A stretch of DNA of 64,000 nucleotides from NCBI RefSeq assembly GCF_041956535.1, contig NW_027192193.1, forward strand, positions 921,192 to 985,191, given 5' to 3'. Each line of letters begins with the position of its first letter. The first letter of the stretch is position 1. The notes below the pieces were generated by a model, which saw only the letters and a list, made by a program, of their open reading frames with translations, was not told the origin of the DNA and did no database searches. The stretch is from Calcarisporiella thermophila CBS 279.70. Lineage: Eukaryota; Fungi; Calcarisporiellomycota. The position numbers were made by a program, and so were the translations under genes. Shown here one piece after another: positions 52,909-64,000 of the stretch.

Positions 52909-54132
52909 ATGTCTAATTCATCGAAACATTCAGTGCGGGGGTTCTTAGATATATCCTTCACTCATTCTCCTGTTACGAACCCGTCTGTCGGATCTGCCCA
53001 CCCTCCCTCTCATTTCATAAATGATTCGAATTCAGATAACGCGGTTGCTGACACATCGCTAATTTTCCCATCCAAATTGAACACACTGACTGTCAAGAAA
53101 ACTGGCAAACCTATTAAACCTGCCTTAAAACCCTCGCATTCTGCTCCGAATATTCGTCGTCTCCCTAAATATGTCCATTTTGATCCACTCGACCACATTA
53201 GGCATTTTTCAAAATCGCAGACGCCATCTCTACTTGAGGTTTCATTAGACGCATGCGAGGAAACCAGCGAAAATATAGAATCTGAAAAAGAAGGAGATGA
53301 GTTGACCATTGAGATGCCAAATATTACACCTGCAGTATATCGAGCGTCTTCACAACCTATTTGCCTTGTTCAAGTGGTTCTATCGCCTGACAATCACTCA
53401 CTTCTAGGTGAGTTGGCAGAATCCTCTCAGGCAACAAAAAAAGAGGTGTCTGTGGTGTATACCTTTGATTTTTGGCATACGGTAAATGAAACTGAGGCAC
53501 ACTCGGGCAAGAAAGGGCGATATAATTTCGAGATAAAGCTTCCGGCTGGCCAGGAGGTGACTATGTTCTTTGCGGTTCGACTAAGGATCAATGGAAAAAG
53601 AGAAGAGTATTGGGACAATTGTGATGGTATGAATTATCAGATGGATATTCGTAGGAAACGAGCAAAGAAAAGCTCAGCAAAGCCGCCTCCTATTGATACC
53701 TCAAAGCCTTCAGTGGTTACCACGGAAGATCCAACTTCTCCCCCAATACAAAAGGGGAACTTCTTGCGCAAATCTTACGATATTGATGCTTCCTTGGATT
53801 TAGCTATCCAAAATGCTTCTGAATCTCACAGCACTCTAAGCTCTAATATGGAGAACCCGCTTCGTCCCTCCCTTTCTCGTTTCAATTCATTTCCTCCCCC
53901 TCTTCATCAGAAACACGAATCTGAAAAGCTTCAGTCTGAAGTTACGAGGCATGCCCCACCACTTAGAGCGGAAAGTAACTCAAATCTTACTTCTTCAGAA
54001 TATGAAGAGCTTATCAATCGATATTGCTATTATCAACCCTCGTCGGACTCTTCTCCCAACTCCAACTTTAGTTTCTTCAAGCTTAACCATGACTATTTAA
54101 ATTCACTACCTCATGACACGTTACTCGGCTAG
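52909..54132 (+). CDS. PP1 glycogen-targeting regulatory subunit with CBM21 (Gac1/Pig1-like); intronless
   Basis: KPALK, RVxF-type motif KYVHF, and CBM21 motifs KEVSVVYTFDFW, FFAVR and EYWDNCDGMNY. Confidence 0.88.
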   Translation: MSNSSKHSVRGFLDISFTHSPVTNPSVGSAHPPSHFINDSNSDNAVADTSLIFPSKLNTLTVKKTGKPIKPALKPSHSAPNIRRLPKYVHFDPLDHIRHFSKSQTPSLLEVSLDACEETSENIESEKEGDELTIEMPNITPAVYRASSQPICLVQVVLSPDNHSLLGELAESSQATKKEVSVVYTFDFWHTVNETEAHSGKKGRYNFEIKLPAGQEVTMFFAVRLRINGKREEYWDNCDGMNYQMDIRRKRAKKSSAKPPPIDTSKPSVVTTEDPTSPPIQKGNFLRKSYDIDASLDLAIQNASESHSTLSSNMENPLRPSLSRFNSFPPPLHQKHESEKLQSEVTRHAPPLRAESNSNLTSSEYEELINRYCYYQPSSDSSPNSNFSFFKLNHDYLNSLPHDTLLG

Positions 54133-54377
54133 AGAATACAATATTTCTTTTATGTCTTTTCGTGCCTTTCTTCATACTCGTGTTAGGTTTTGTAATTTCG
54201 CAATAATGATACAAATGTACTATTTTTCACTTTTGCTATTGTATTGTTGTACTATTATTGACCTGAATTAAATAATAAATAATATTGAATTCAAGCGGTG
54301 CCATTCATTTATATACAAGATAAGCGTCAATACAGCTTTGTACATATATGCTAAATATAAAGGCTAGGAAATGGATA

Positions 54378-54947
54378 TCATAATCTGATCAAGAGTATCA
54401 ATAGTATAATATAAGTTATTATTGAAATGATGCTCGTAATTAATACCCAGTTTCCTCCAGTCTTGAAATTTCCGTGAGGATCAAGCAAGTCACCTGAGCG
54501 TCTCCTCCTAAGCGCTGATATAATTAACATAGCCGTCCCGAATGCAACGAATAAGAATCCGATGTTGTAGAATTCGGCGGCAAATATACGCAAGACCATA
54601 ATGCCCACGCTATAGGATCCAAGCGCGGTTCGCCAATAAGCACCCTCAAATGTACGCTCTAGAGCTACGAGATTTGCTGCTAATAAGAAAAGCAGACGAA
54701 GTGGAATTGAATAAGTGGATTAAATTTACCTCTAATCTCGATGAGTTCCTTTTCAGTTAATTGGGCACTCTTTCTGTGTTTACCAGACGAATATTACTCA
54801 CATAAAAAAACAGTTTAAAAAAACTTGCTTAGTAGTTGTATGTTACCTTCGAGATCCTATAATAAATGGAAGATCATTATAGGCTACATACATTTCAATA
54901 GTAGAAGTTAGCAAATACTTGCGCATTGACGACCAAACGATTCCCAT
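54378..54947 (-). CDS. DUF202 (YidH-like) small membrane protein
   Basis: ELIEIRALERTFEGAYWRTAL, three TM segments and FKTGG. The 5' exons and start are ambiguous. Confidence 0.75.
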
Positions 54948-55138
54948 TTTTACGCTATTTTCTATCACAATTGAAAAGCTCCAATTTTTTTCTGCAAGGG
55001 CACGGTCAAAAGTATTCCAGAAAAATCTTGAAATTATATGAATATATAAATGTATTCGTCCAAATGAAAAAAAAAAAAATAACAATACAATATCGAAAAC
55101 ATCAAAAAGAATAGAGTAAGCAGCGGAGTAATGGCGCT

Positions 55139-56751
55139 TTATTGGACATTAGCTAAACGATCAATCAGACGCGTGTAAAATTCGATCCCCTCCAAAAATT
55201 GATCGCTTCTAATATACTCATCGTGGCTGTGGAGAAGCACCTCAATATTCTTTAAATAGGATATTCCGAGCGCAGGAATGCCAAGTGCGCGAAGGTAACG
55301 AGAATCAGTAGCAGCGGGGAAGATTTCCGGTTCGATTTTTACATCCCTTTAGAAGTACAAATCAGATTCCTGTTCAAATGTGTAGTATATAGAAACTTAT
55401 TTGCTTACATCTCATCACAAACATTTTTGAGGGTATTCCACCATACATTGGAATCGTCAAGTGCGGTAAAGTGATTTTCGCCCGAGTAATGTTCGAAGTC
55501 ATAGCTCACTCTGAGGATCAAAAGGCCATATTAAGTACTTGTCTTCCTTTGTGCAAGAGAAACTATTCTTTCTTTACCCTGGCTCTGATAGCACCCATTC
55601 GTTCAGCATCTTACGGAAATTCTTTAGACTCTCTCGAGGCGTAATTCGAATATCAAAGGCAGCTATGGCATTCTCCGGTATAACATTTACCTGTACTCCT
55701 CCCTAAAACAATCAAAGTAAATTTTCATAAATAACTTTTAAACTTGATCAAAAAGAAGGTCAGTATTGTATACTTGTAGCATTGTCAGATTTAGAGTGGT
55801 AACGTCGCCCAAAGTATACTTTCTTCCATCTGGATGGACTCCAACTTGCAATAACTTCTCCTGTTCCTCGCGATATTTTAAAAACTTATTGATAACCTTG
55901 GACTAAAACCAACATAATGTAAATCCTGTAAAAATCCATTCATAATATACTATCAAAATTAAACGAGAATGAAATACCAGTTTAACAGTGGCAGACCCCT
56001 CAATAAACTGACTTCCATGACCCGTGTTACCAGTTGCTGTAAGCTTGAGCCACCAAATGACACGCTCTCCATAAAACACTTTAAGTGCATCATCTGGGTT
56101 TGCAATGCCCTCGTCAAGGGCAAATCCAACATTAAGTTCAAGGAATCTCTGACGAAAACGAGTAGTAAATGCTTTCATGCCGTCAGTACCACCAATTTCC
56201 TCATCTAATAATAGGGATTATTGTTTAAAATATACGACAGCCAAATTATTCGATATATATATTTTACCTGGGACAAACGATACGTGAATAGTTCTTAAAG
56301 GCTGCTTTCCTTCCGCTTTCAGCCGCGCGATAGCTTCCATATACCATGCGCCAACACATTTCATGTCTTGTGATCCGCGCGCAACGATATCTCCATTTGG
56401 TCGCACATCTGCCGCAAAGGGTTCGCTAGTCCATTGTTCCTTAAAGTGTGACTCATTTAATAAATCTGACAAATCGAGAAATAATAGATTATATATACAT
56501 ACGGGAAATACTGGAACGACGTCTGTATGTGAATTCAACAAAATACTGGGCAATGATGGGTTTTTCCCTTCCCAAGTAATAATGACTATTGGTTTTCCTG
56601 GCACACATTCAATTACTTGACTTGGTAATCCGAGTTCGTCAGCCCACCGCTGCAAAAAGAGAGTACACTCCACATAGTCTGGATTAGGCTGGACAGTCTT
56701 AATTCGTAAATAATTGCGGAATCGAGTTATGGCGGGGTCTTCGCTGGGCAT
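55139..56751 (-). CDS. ACY1: Aminoacylase-1 (M20A metallopeptidase); 7 exons
   Basis: LLNSHTDVVP, ARGSQDMKCVG, FVPDEEIGG, LDEG, GNTGHGS, IFPAATDSRYLR, LLHSHDEY. Confidence 0.95.
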
Positions 56752-57270
56752 GGCGAGATGTTGCTTCTTGATATCTTAGGAAACTGATAATTGAATAATT
56801 CGCGTGAAAACGATAAAGGAAAATGAATGTGAGCGTGGAAGTTTACCCGTTTCCTATACGTAATTTGGTACTTCGGAGATGACTTTAGCCCAGTCACGAA
56901 ATTTTCATTTTGGTCATCCCTTATAAAACCGCATACCAAGAAAAATTAGATTTTACAATTACAGGAAAGGCAAATTGTACTCCCAATCAATATATACAAG
57001 CATGAGGAAGACAATTATAATTATTACTCTTCAGCTAAGATTCCTTCAAAGAATGTTTCTAGCCACTAAAGAATTTAATATTTTGAATCGTAAGGATATT
57101 CTAATATCGATTCTTGAACTTTTGGATAAAACTTTTGCGTATCTAACTAGCTAAATACATAGATTTTCGATTAGTGTTTTTCCAAGGTGGAGCAAATATT
57201 AGTGTATTTAAATCTAATCAATATACATGATAAATATAAAATAATTCCCGCTAAAATGTTTACGAAAGAA

Positions 57271-59551
57271 CTATAGATCACTCATACTCTCAAGCATGCG
57301 TTTTCTCCACTCACTTAGGGTCTCAATTTCAAATACTCTATCCGCTCCCATTTTTTCCCTTACTTTAAGCATTACTTCAGTAGGTTCCAGGGTGAGCTGC
57401 TCAAAGGTGATAAAGCACTCGGAATCTTGGTGCCACTCAATTTCATAATTGCCGAAAGACCCAAAGTAAGTCTGCAATTCGGGAGCGTGGATCGACTCAG
57501 AGAGAGAAAAAAGATGAAACACGTTGTCGATTGGAGAGACATCTATTCAATACCCTAAAATTTAACAAACATTGAAAACGTGGTTAAAATATATAATCAC
57601 CTTCATCTCCTTCAAGATATATATGCATGATAGTATTTCTGCTCAAATTCAATCGATTGAGAAACGGTTTCAATAAATCAGAGTCAAAGAGAGGAAGGGG
57701 TTGAGAAGATGGATGTTCAACAGTAGTAGGCATCGTATTATCGTCTTCTGACCATTCATCTTCAGTCCATTCGCCTTCTTCCTTCTCACCGTTATCTTCA
57801 TTTTCGTATTCAACATATGATGTGCACTCAGAGACAGGGAGCATTGGTATATCTTCTGCGTCGACAGATTCGTTTGCAATATCTTTCTCTACAATAGTTT
57901 TCTCAGTTTTTTCATCCGGTGGACTATCTGTTTAAAAAAGAGTGTAATAACCTTATCTACACCATATCTCACAATATATATTGCAACTCACGTAGAAATC
58001 CTGCCAATTTTAAGAATACAACTCCCGTCATAAAAGCGTCATAACCAGCTTCGTGCGCAGGATTTTGAATAGAGTATCGGCAATGGTGTACGTTGATTTC
58101 TGTTTAATATATAGGAATAAATTAGGGTTATCTTCCCAAATAGAATATGCATTTGTTTTACCAATCTTAGGCTCTGTGAATGGCTCTCGATGCAATCTCT
58201 CCTCTAGTTCGACGAGATTCGAATCATTGATCCAACACTAAATATTATCAGGTTCACTGAGAATTCGACTACTAATAATAAAGCAACAAGAATACGTGCC
58301 TTGAATTTTTCTGATGCACAGATATATTTTGTGTCATATACAAATGGAAATAGTTGGTTCAACGCTCGTTTACAGTCTGAGAAGCCAGCAGGTAAGGGTT
58401 TGACGAATTGTGCGTAGATATGGCATAAATCTAGCCAGAAATTATGTCCAATAATGGGCTTGCCAAGGTGACATATAATATCAATAATGTAGCGGAATCC
58501 CTTGGCCTTAATGATATCATTCTAAAATCCCACAAGTGAAAAATTAGTGACAACCACTATACAATAACATGATCTAAACGAACTTCTAATGCTTCCATCC
58601 GCTCTTCGTGTTTTTTCTGTCTAAGCTCTTGGCTACTGGGAATAATTCTAATGAAGCCCTGTCTTCCTTCAGTGTCGAGTTGAGGAAAGCTTAAGTTGTA
58701 AAGTAAGCATCATTTATCCATTATCAAAGAAAAGGAATGATGTCTATACTTTGTTCGAATTATCTGGTATAATAGCCGACGTTGATATGAATTTTTAGTA
58801 GCAATATTAAGGCAGTTGCTGATATCTGGCTCTTTTTCAAGCCAACTCTCTATATCTTTTCTATAGATAAAGAGTAAAGAAAACATCAAAAATTGACAGT
58901 AATACTTAGTTCCCAAAATACTACCAACATTGAATTCTCGATAAATGACTCCTCTTTTGGATCAATGCGGATATCAGGTAGGTTAGAATTAAATATGCGC
59001 ATTTTTTTCTCCCTTAGTTCACTCTCCTGTTCCAAAGTTAGATACGGAATGCCGTTGTAAACCCACTATTTAAGATATAAAGTATGTGAATAAAATAGTC
59101 CAGTCTCCTATCAAAGAATATTTATTTACTTTGTTGAAATCGAATCCATTTTTTGACAAAAACTCTAATGCTGTTGGTTTGCACATAAAGGCCGATTCTG
59201 ATCCTGATGGAAATATGTAAAAGTTGAATGGATAGGCGATATAGGCACCCTGCTCCGAGTCCCAGCGAAATGGACATATGCCTATTTGCAAAACTAGATA
59301 CGAGCTTGTAGCCACACGGACTTGCACATAACGCTGCTCGAGGGAGTCATGCCGCGTTATTTTGTGGTGTATTGGATTTTTATGCAGACCTTGAGCAATC
59401 AATGAATTAATCGCATTTCTGATCAATGAATTCGCAGATTTAATAAGAAAATACCTGAAAGTTCTGTGTCTATGGCAATAAAATCACATTCTTCAAGAAT
59501 CTGTTTGATCCGGGGGAGATAATCTTGGAAATTATATCTTAGGATCTCCAT
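57271..59551 (-). CDS. PARN: Poly(A)-specific ribonuclease PARN (CAF1/DEDD nuclease + R3H + RRM-like)
   Basis: FIAIDTELSG, PFNFYIFP, FDFNKWVYNGIPYL, R3H NSYQRRLLYQ, IGHNFWLDL, YDTKY, HEAGYDAFMTG and a C-terminal RRM-like segment. Confidence 0.9.
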
Positions 59552-59674
59552 TGTAAAATGAAAGGAACTCGTCTCCGAAATTATTCGGATTTTGAAATTT
59601 CATTTGAAACTTTGGGTGGCTCATTTGTGACAACAAAAATTTGATTAGCTACTCATATATGCTAAACCGAAAAC
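59552..59674. promoter_or_regulatory. Bidirectional promoter (PARN / DTWD1)
   Basis: 123 nt between divergent ATGs; near-palindrome TCCGAAATTATTCGGA and two TTTGAA. Confidence 0.55.
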
Positions 59675-60705
59675 ATGACATCAGAGGAATTACTACATGG
59701 ACATCAGCGCAACGATACGCAAGGATGTAAGTGTGAGCTAATTTTTATGTGACTTCGTCCTTTTAATCGATATGTTTCTATATTTTAGCGTTGGAGAATG
59801 AGAAAAAAAAGAATACCAAACTGACCCCTCCCGAGAAATCACCTTTCGATAAGTTCAAAATTTCGAATACAGCACCTTTATGGGAATGTAGACAGCGTGT
59901 GCCTTGTCCTAAATGTGAGCGACCAATGAAGTATTTCTGTTACTTCTGCTATACTCTATGTGGATTCAAGCGAGAGGATATCCCCTTAGTTAACTTGCCG
60001 ATAAAACTGGATATGTACGTGTGCTAATCTCGACACTATTGCCAAGAATCACAGACAGTTCATAGGTACAGATAATTATATGCTCATATCTCTGGTTATT
60101 TTTAATAGAATCAAACATGAACAAGAAAGAGATGGGAAATCGACCGCAGTACATGCTAAGATCATATCTCCCAATGATGTAGAAATCTACCCGCACACTG
60201 CAGTTCCTGATTATGAAGGCGAGGATGTAGTATTGCTCTATCCTGGACCGGTAAATGAAGTCTTTTCACGAATCATGGCATCTTATCTAAATCATTTTAT
60301 TTTCTTCTCCGAATCTCTTCCTCTCCATGCATCTAGACAGCAAAAAGGATAGACAAGCTTAACTTCAAGAAGCTGGTAGTTATCGACGGTACATGGCGTC
60401 AAGCTTCCTCCATGGCACGCAATATCCCCGCACTCGCGCGACTACCTCAAGTGACAATTGCTCCTCACGAGACAACTTTCTGGCGCTATCAAAATAAGGA
60501 CATAAATCACCTAGCAACCATAGAGGCCATCTACTATTTCATGCGAGAGTACGCTGAATTGCGCAACAATGCCTACAACGGAGAATACGACGATCTTTTG
60601 TTTTATTACAAATTCTTTTATGAGTTAATTCAACAAAGCTACCGTACGGAGAAACGGATATTTAACAGGAGGCAGCGCGATGGATATATTGTATATGACG
60701 ATTAA
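59675..60705 (+). CDS. DTWD1: DTW-domain tRNA-uridine aminocarboxypropyltransferase (DTWD1-like)
   Basis: CPKC..KYFCYFC, IKHEQERDGKSTAVHAKI, LLYPG, IDGTWRQA, TTFWRYQ, LATIEAIYYF, YDDLLFYY. Confidence 0.93.
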
Positions 60706-60837
60706 ATTTATTTAGTTTCTCTCTTGTAAAATAGCTTTCTGTAGATGCATAAGGTGCGTAGATTGGAGCAAATAAGGGTAGTAAAATAGGCACCAGCTTG
60801 ATATGCATAGAATTTTAATAAACCGAACTTAGACCTG

Positions 60838-63800
60838 TCAAAGCTGACACTTGATATCAAATTCTTCAAGTGACATCCTTTGGAATGAGTATTCCTCTGG
60901 CATTCCCTTCAAAACCTCTGATGATTCATTTGCGGGTGGCGTTAGCAATACGCCAACCAAACCTTCATTGGTCAAAAATTGCTTCAAATAGCGATCAAAC
61001 ACGCGACGTAAATCTTCGTCTTGTACGCGGTAGAGCCACTCCACATACTGCTCTTGTGCCTCCAGGGTATCGTATCCTCTGAGGCAACCACGAAGAGAGG
61101 CACCTAGGATACCACTTGCAGTGCTTCGCTCCGAGAATGTGCGGTACACCAGGGACGCCCTGGCTGTTTCCACGTCAAAAGCGGAAACAATAGATGTCCA
61201 ATCGCTATCTAGCCGCTTAAGCACATCAAAGAATGCCGCGCAGGCCTTAGCAGGGTCAACCGCATCGCGAAGTTCAAAGGTGATCTGTCCTTGCCAAGTA
61301 ACCATATAGAGAGAAGCATCGTAAGCGTATCCGTTGCCACGAATTGACGTGTATAATGGACCTTCAAGACGAGATAGCAACTCGCATAGAAGTAAAGTCG
61401 CTTGATAATCAAGATGTTGCTCGGGTTTGGCCGTAGGCAGACACAATATATCGCACGGAGCGATTACCGCAAGATAAGAAGAGGTAATAGAGGCAAGAGG
61501 GACATGGAAGAACTGCGACACAGGAGAGAGTGGAGTGTAGGGAGTCCGTGGGAATGGGAATGGGTTTGAGGAGCGGGATGTGCACGCTGTGCTCTCCGTC
61601 AACTTCACTTTCCCGATTTCACTAGCAATTGCAGTTGCAGCCATGTCATACTGCGAAATTTTGCGGTCCCATGTGGTTAAGAAAAACTTCACAGCCTCGT
61701 TTGCCCCAAATCCAGTTGGTAATCCAAACTGTACAATGCCTGGTAGGTTTGATCGCACCAAGGAAATCAGCGTCCACTTTAAGTGCTCCAATGCATGTAA
61801 AACTTTTCGCTCGGCTTCAATCCCCTTTTTCAGCTCCGCGATAATGGCTCGGAGGAAAGGTTCTTGCCGAAACACGCTAATAGCAAGATCATTGCCCAAC
61901 ACTTCCGTGTCCCCTTTGTTTGTTCTTGCCTTCTTTTCTGGTCGTTGCAACCCGTAAGGACGATATCCTGACTCGGTTTCAAGTCCGCGCGCATCCACCG
62001 TCACTCGTGTGCTCAGAGCCAATAGCATTTCGCTACCCTCACGCTTCATTTCCTTACACGAGCTCAGCAGATTCTTTGCTACGGTCCGCACACGATCTAC
62101 TGTGAACTCGGTGAAGAATAATACATCGAGTAGCCAAGTACAAAGGTCGGCGAAGCGCTCGCGCTCTGCCCAACCACTTATGCAGAATAACTCTGATAGC
62201 CACGAGCATGCAAAAGTGTCATTGCCGAAGCCAGTGGCGGCCTCGTACGATGCAAGAGCATTGGAAAGCCGAGTGGTAACGTCCTTATAGTCAATGCGTT
62301 GCCAGCCATTCTCACCTTCTTCGTTAGGAACTCGGAGATTGGATTGGAAAATTAGCTCTTGGAACAATACCAAATAAGGACGCAACTCTTCTGATAGATC
62401 TTCAGCGGGAAGACAGATTTTTAGACTCACAAACGTAGAATCTGCCTCAACTATTTGCACAAATTCAAACGGTCTCGCACTACGCTTTTCGTTTTCGAAG
62501 CAAGCAGGAACTTTGTTGATGGTCATCTGTGCAGGTAGCCTTGGAACACTGACCAGTTCCGGAATTTTAGGCATAGCTTGCAACACGTCTGAGGGCACGT
62601 TGATCTCGTTTGCTTTCACAGCTCGCTTGACCTCTTCTTTAAGCTTCTTCAGCCCGTCCACCCCGAGTTTTTCCACGCGCGCCTGCTGCTCACTATGATT
62701 ACGCATTTCAAGCTCCTTTCCCAATTGAGCGTCGGGTAACATGCAAACTTCAACCATTGGAGCATCGATCAACCATTTTTTGGCTAATTCAATCCAAAAG
62801 ACGTCAGGTCTGGAAGCCAGGTCATCCAAGATATTAAAAATATTAGCCCTCGTGCCAATCGTGAAGTCCCCTTCTCCATTTTTACATTTGGAATGAGGAG
62901 AGAAACTGTTAATGAGCACATCCGGGATAAGGTAGGCAGCTATTACATCGTGAGGATCATCCTCAAGTGCTTCACGAATTTTAGTACGATGTCGCGCAAC
63001 AATAGAAGGCATGATGCCCGGCTTTGGGAAACCAGTATTGATAAGCTGATGTAGAATCGATAGGACCTCACTATGGAAAAAACCGGGCTTAAATGGATCT
63101 ATTTCCTTCTCCATTTCAGTTTCCTCTTCTTCATGGTCGTCATCATCATCGTCATCATCCTCATCGTCGGCGTCATCATCTTCTTCGTCATCATCTTCCT
63201 CATCGCTTTGATCATCTTCATTCTCAGCTTCCTTGGTCTCCCCATCTACCCTCTTATCTCCCTCTCTCTCTAACTTTTGCACTGGAACCCCGCTAAAAAT
63301 TAGGAACATAAGGGTATGCACGTATCCTTTAATTTCAAAGTCGATATGGTTGCTTAGAGGATTGCGACGCTCAACGAATCTCTGAGCAAAAGGAGAAGCT
63401 GAAGTTTCATGCAAATAACGGAAAAGCACATCAAGTGCAACGATTGTATATAAATCCTGAAAGTCTGGACCACGCCATCCATACCCAATCGATCCAAACT
63501 CCTCATCAGAAGACGGAAAGCGTACAACATCACAGTGCACTAAGCCTTTCTTATCCGCACTGATTCGCGTGTCATCGATTACTCGTGGGACGCGAGGAAT
63601 AGTTGCTTTATCCAGCAAATTTGGTTCTGCGGCAAGTCTTCCGCAAATACTTTCAGCATCTAGATTGTCTCCCGCAATGATTATTGTAATGGCATCAACA
63701 TGGTAGAAATCAGAGTGATAAGCTTTGATGCGTTCGTTAGTTAGCCTTGCGATATCGGGAGTAAGACCTCCACATTCGTATGAGTATGTAGTTTTATTTT

Positions 63801-64000
63801 GAAACAAGTGTCTGCGTAAGGCATGGTCTAACTATTAAAATGACATACAAATTGAGTATACGCAATTCTTTGAATATGACAAGGCCATCCTTCTCTTACC
63901 AAATCAGCTTCAGATTTCTCCCTGGAAAACATTTCTGAGAATACAACCCCCTGCTCTTTGGCTTCACCGTCGACATGGTAAACTTCTGTGATGAACTGTT
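60838..64000 (-). CDS. M16C-like metallopeptidase homolog (YOL098C/Sdd3 or presequence-protease-like); 5' end lies outside the window
   Basis: FITEVYHVDGEAKEQGVVFSEM, YSYECGGL, LRPYLVLFQE and EGPLYTSIRGNGYAY in a 989-aa ORF. The HxxEH site would lie beyond base 64000. Confidence 0.82.
63115..63225 (-). repeat. Imperfect GAT/GAC/GAA trinucleotide tract encoding poly-Asp/Glu
   Basis: tcatcatcgtcatcatcctcatcgtcg... on the + strand; protein EDDQSDEEDDDEEDDDADDEDDDDDDDDHEEEE. Confidence 0.85.

Overview
Gene-dense, intron-rich fungal nuclear DNA, most consistent with an early-diverging lineage (Zoopagomycota/Mucoromycota-like; this assignment is inferred from gene content such as Fks, AA11, Zn2Cys6, PARN, DTWD1 and ACY1). 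About 27 protein genes were reconstructed by hand across short GT-AG introns. They include a Zn2Cys6 transcription factor, a DDHD phospholipase, a PX-like/AGC kinase, an ALYREF-like RRM protein, Cub1/DUF2408, Spc2, two tandem AA11 LPMOs (essentially invisible in the ORF track), an Fks 1,3-beta-glucan synthase, an SLF2/Nse6-like protein, a DH-PH RhoGEF, FTase beta, RBBP4/Msi1, GDP-mannose pyrophosphorylase, mitoferrin, a DUF3712-like protein, an F-box protein, a CBM21 PP1 subunit, DUF202, ACY1, PARN, DTWD1 and a 5'-truncated M16C-like peptidase. No RNA genes, transposons or CRISPR arrays were recognised. The main candidate for an undescribed system is a cell-wall neighbourhood at 21.9-43.4 kb, centred on two His-brace AA11 LPMOs lying tail-to-tail with an Fks that carries a natural hot-spot-1 Pro-to-Ala change. 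Splice boundaries were read by eye and may be off by a few bases.
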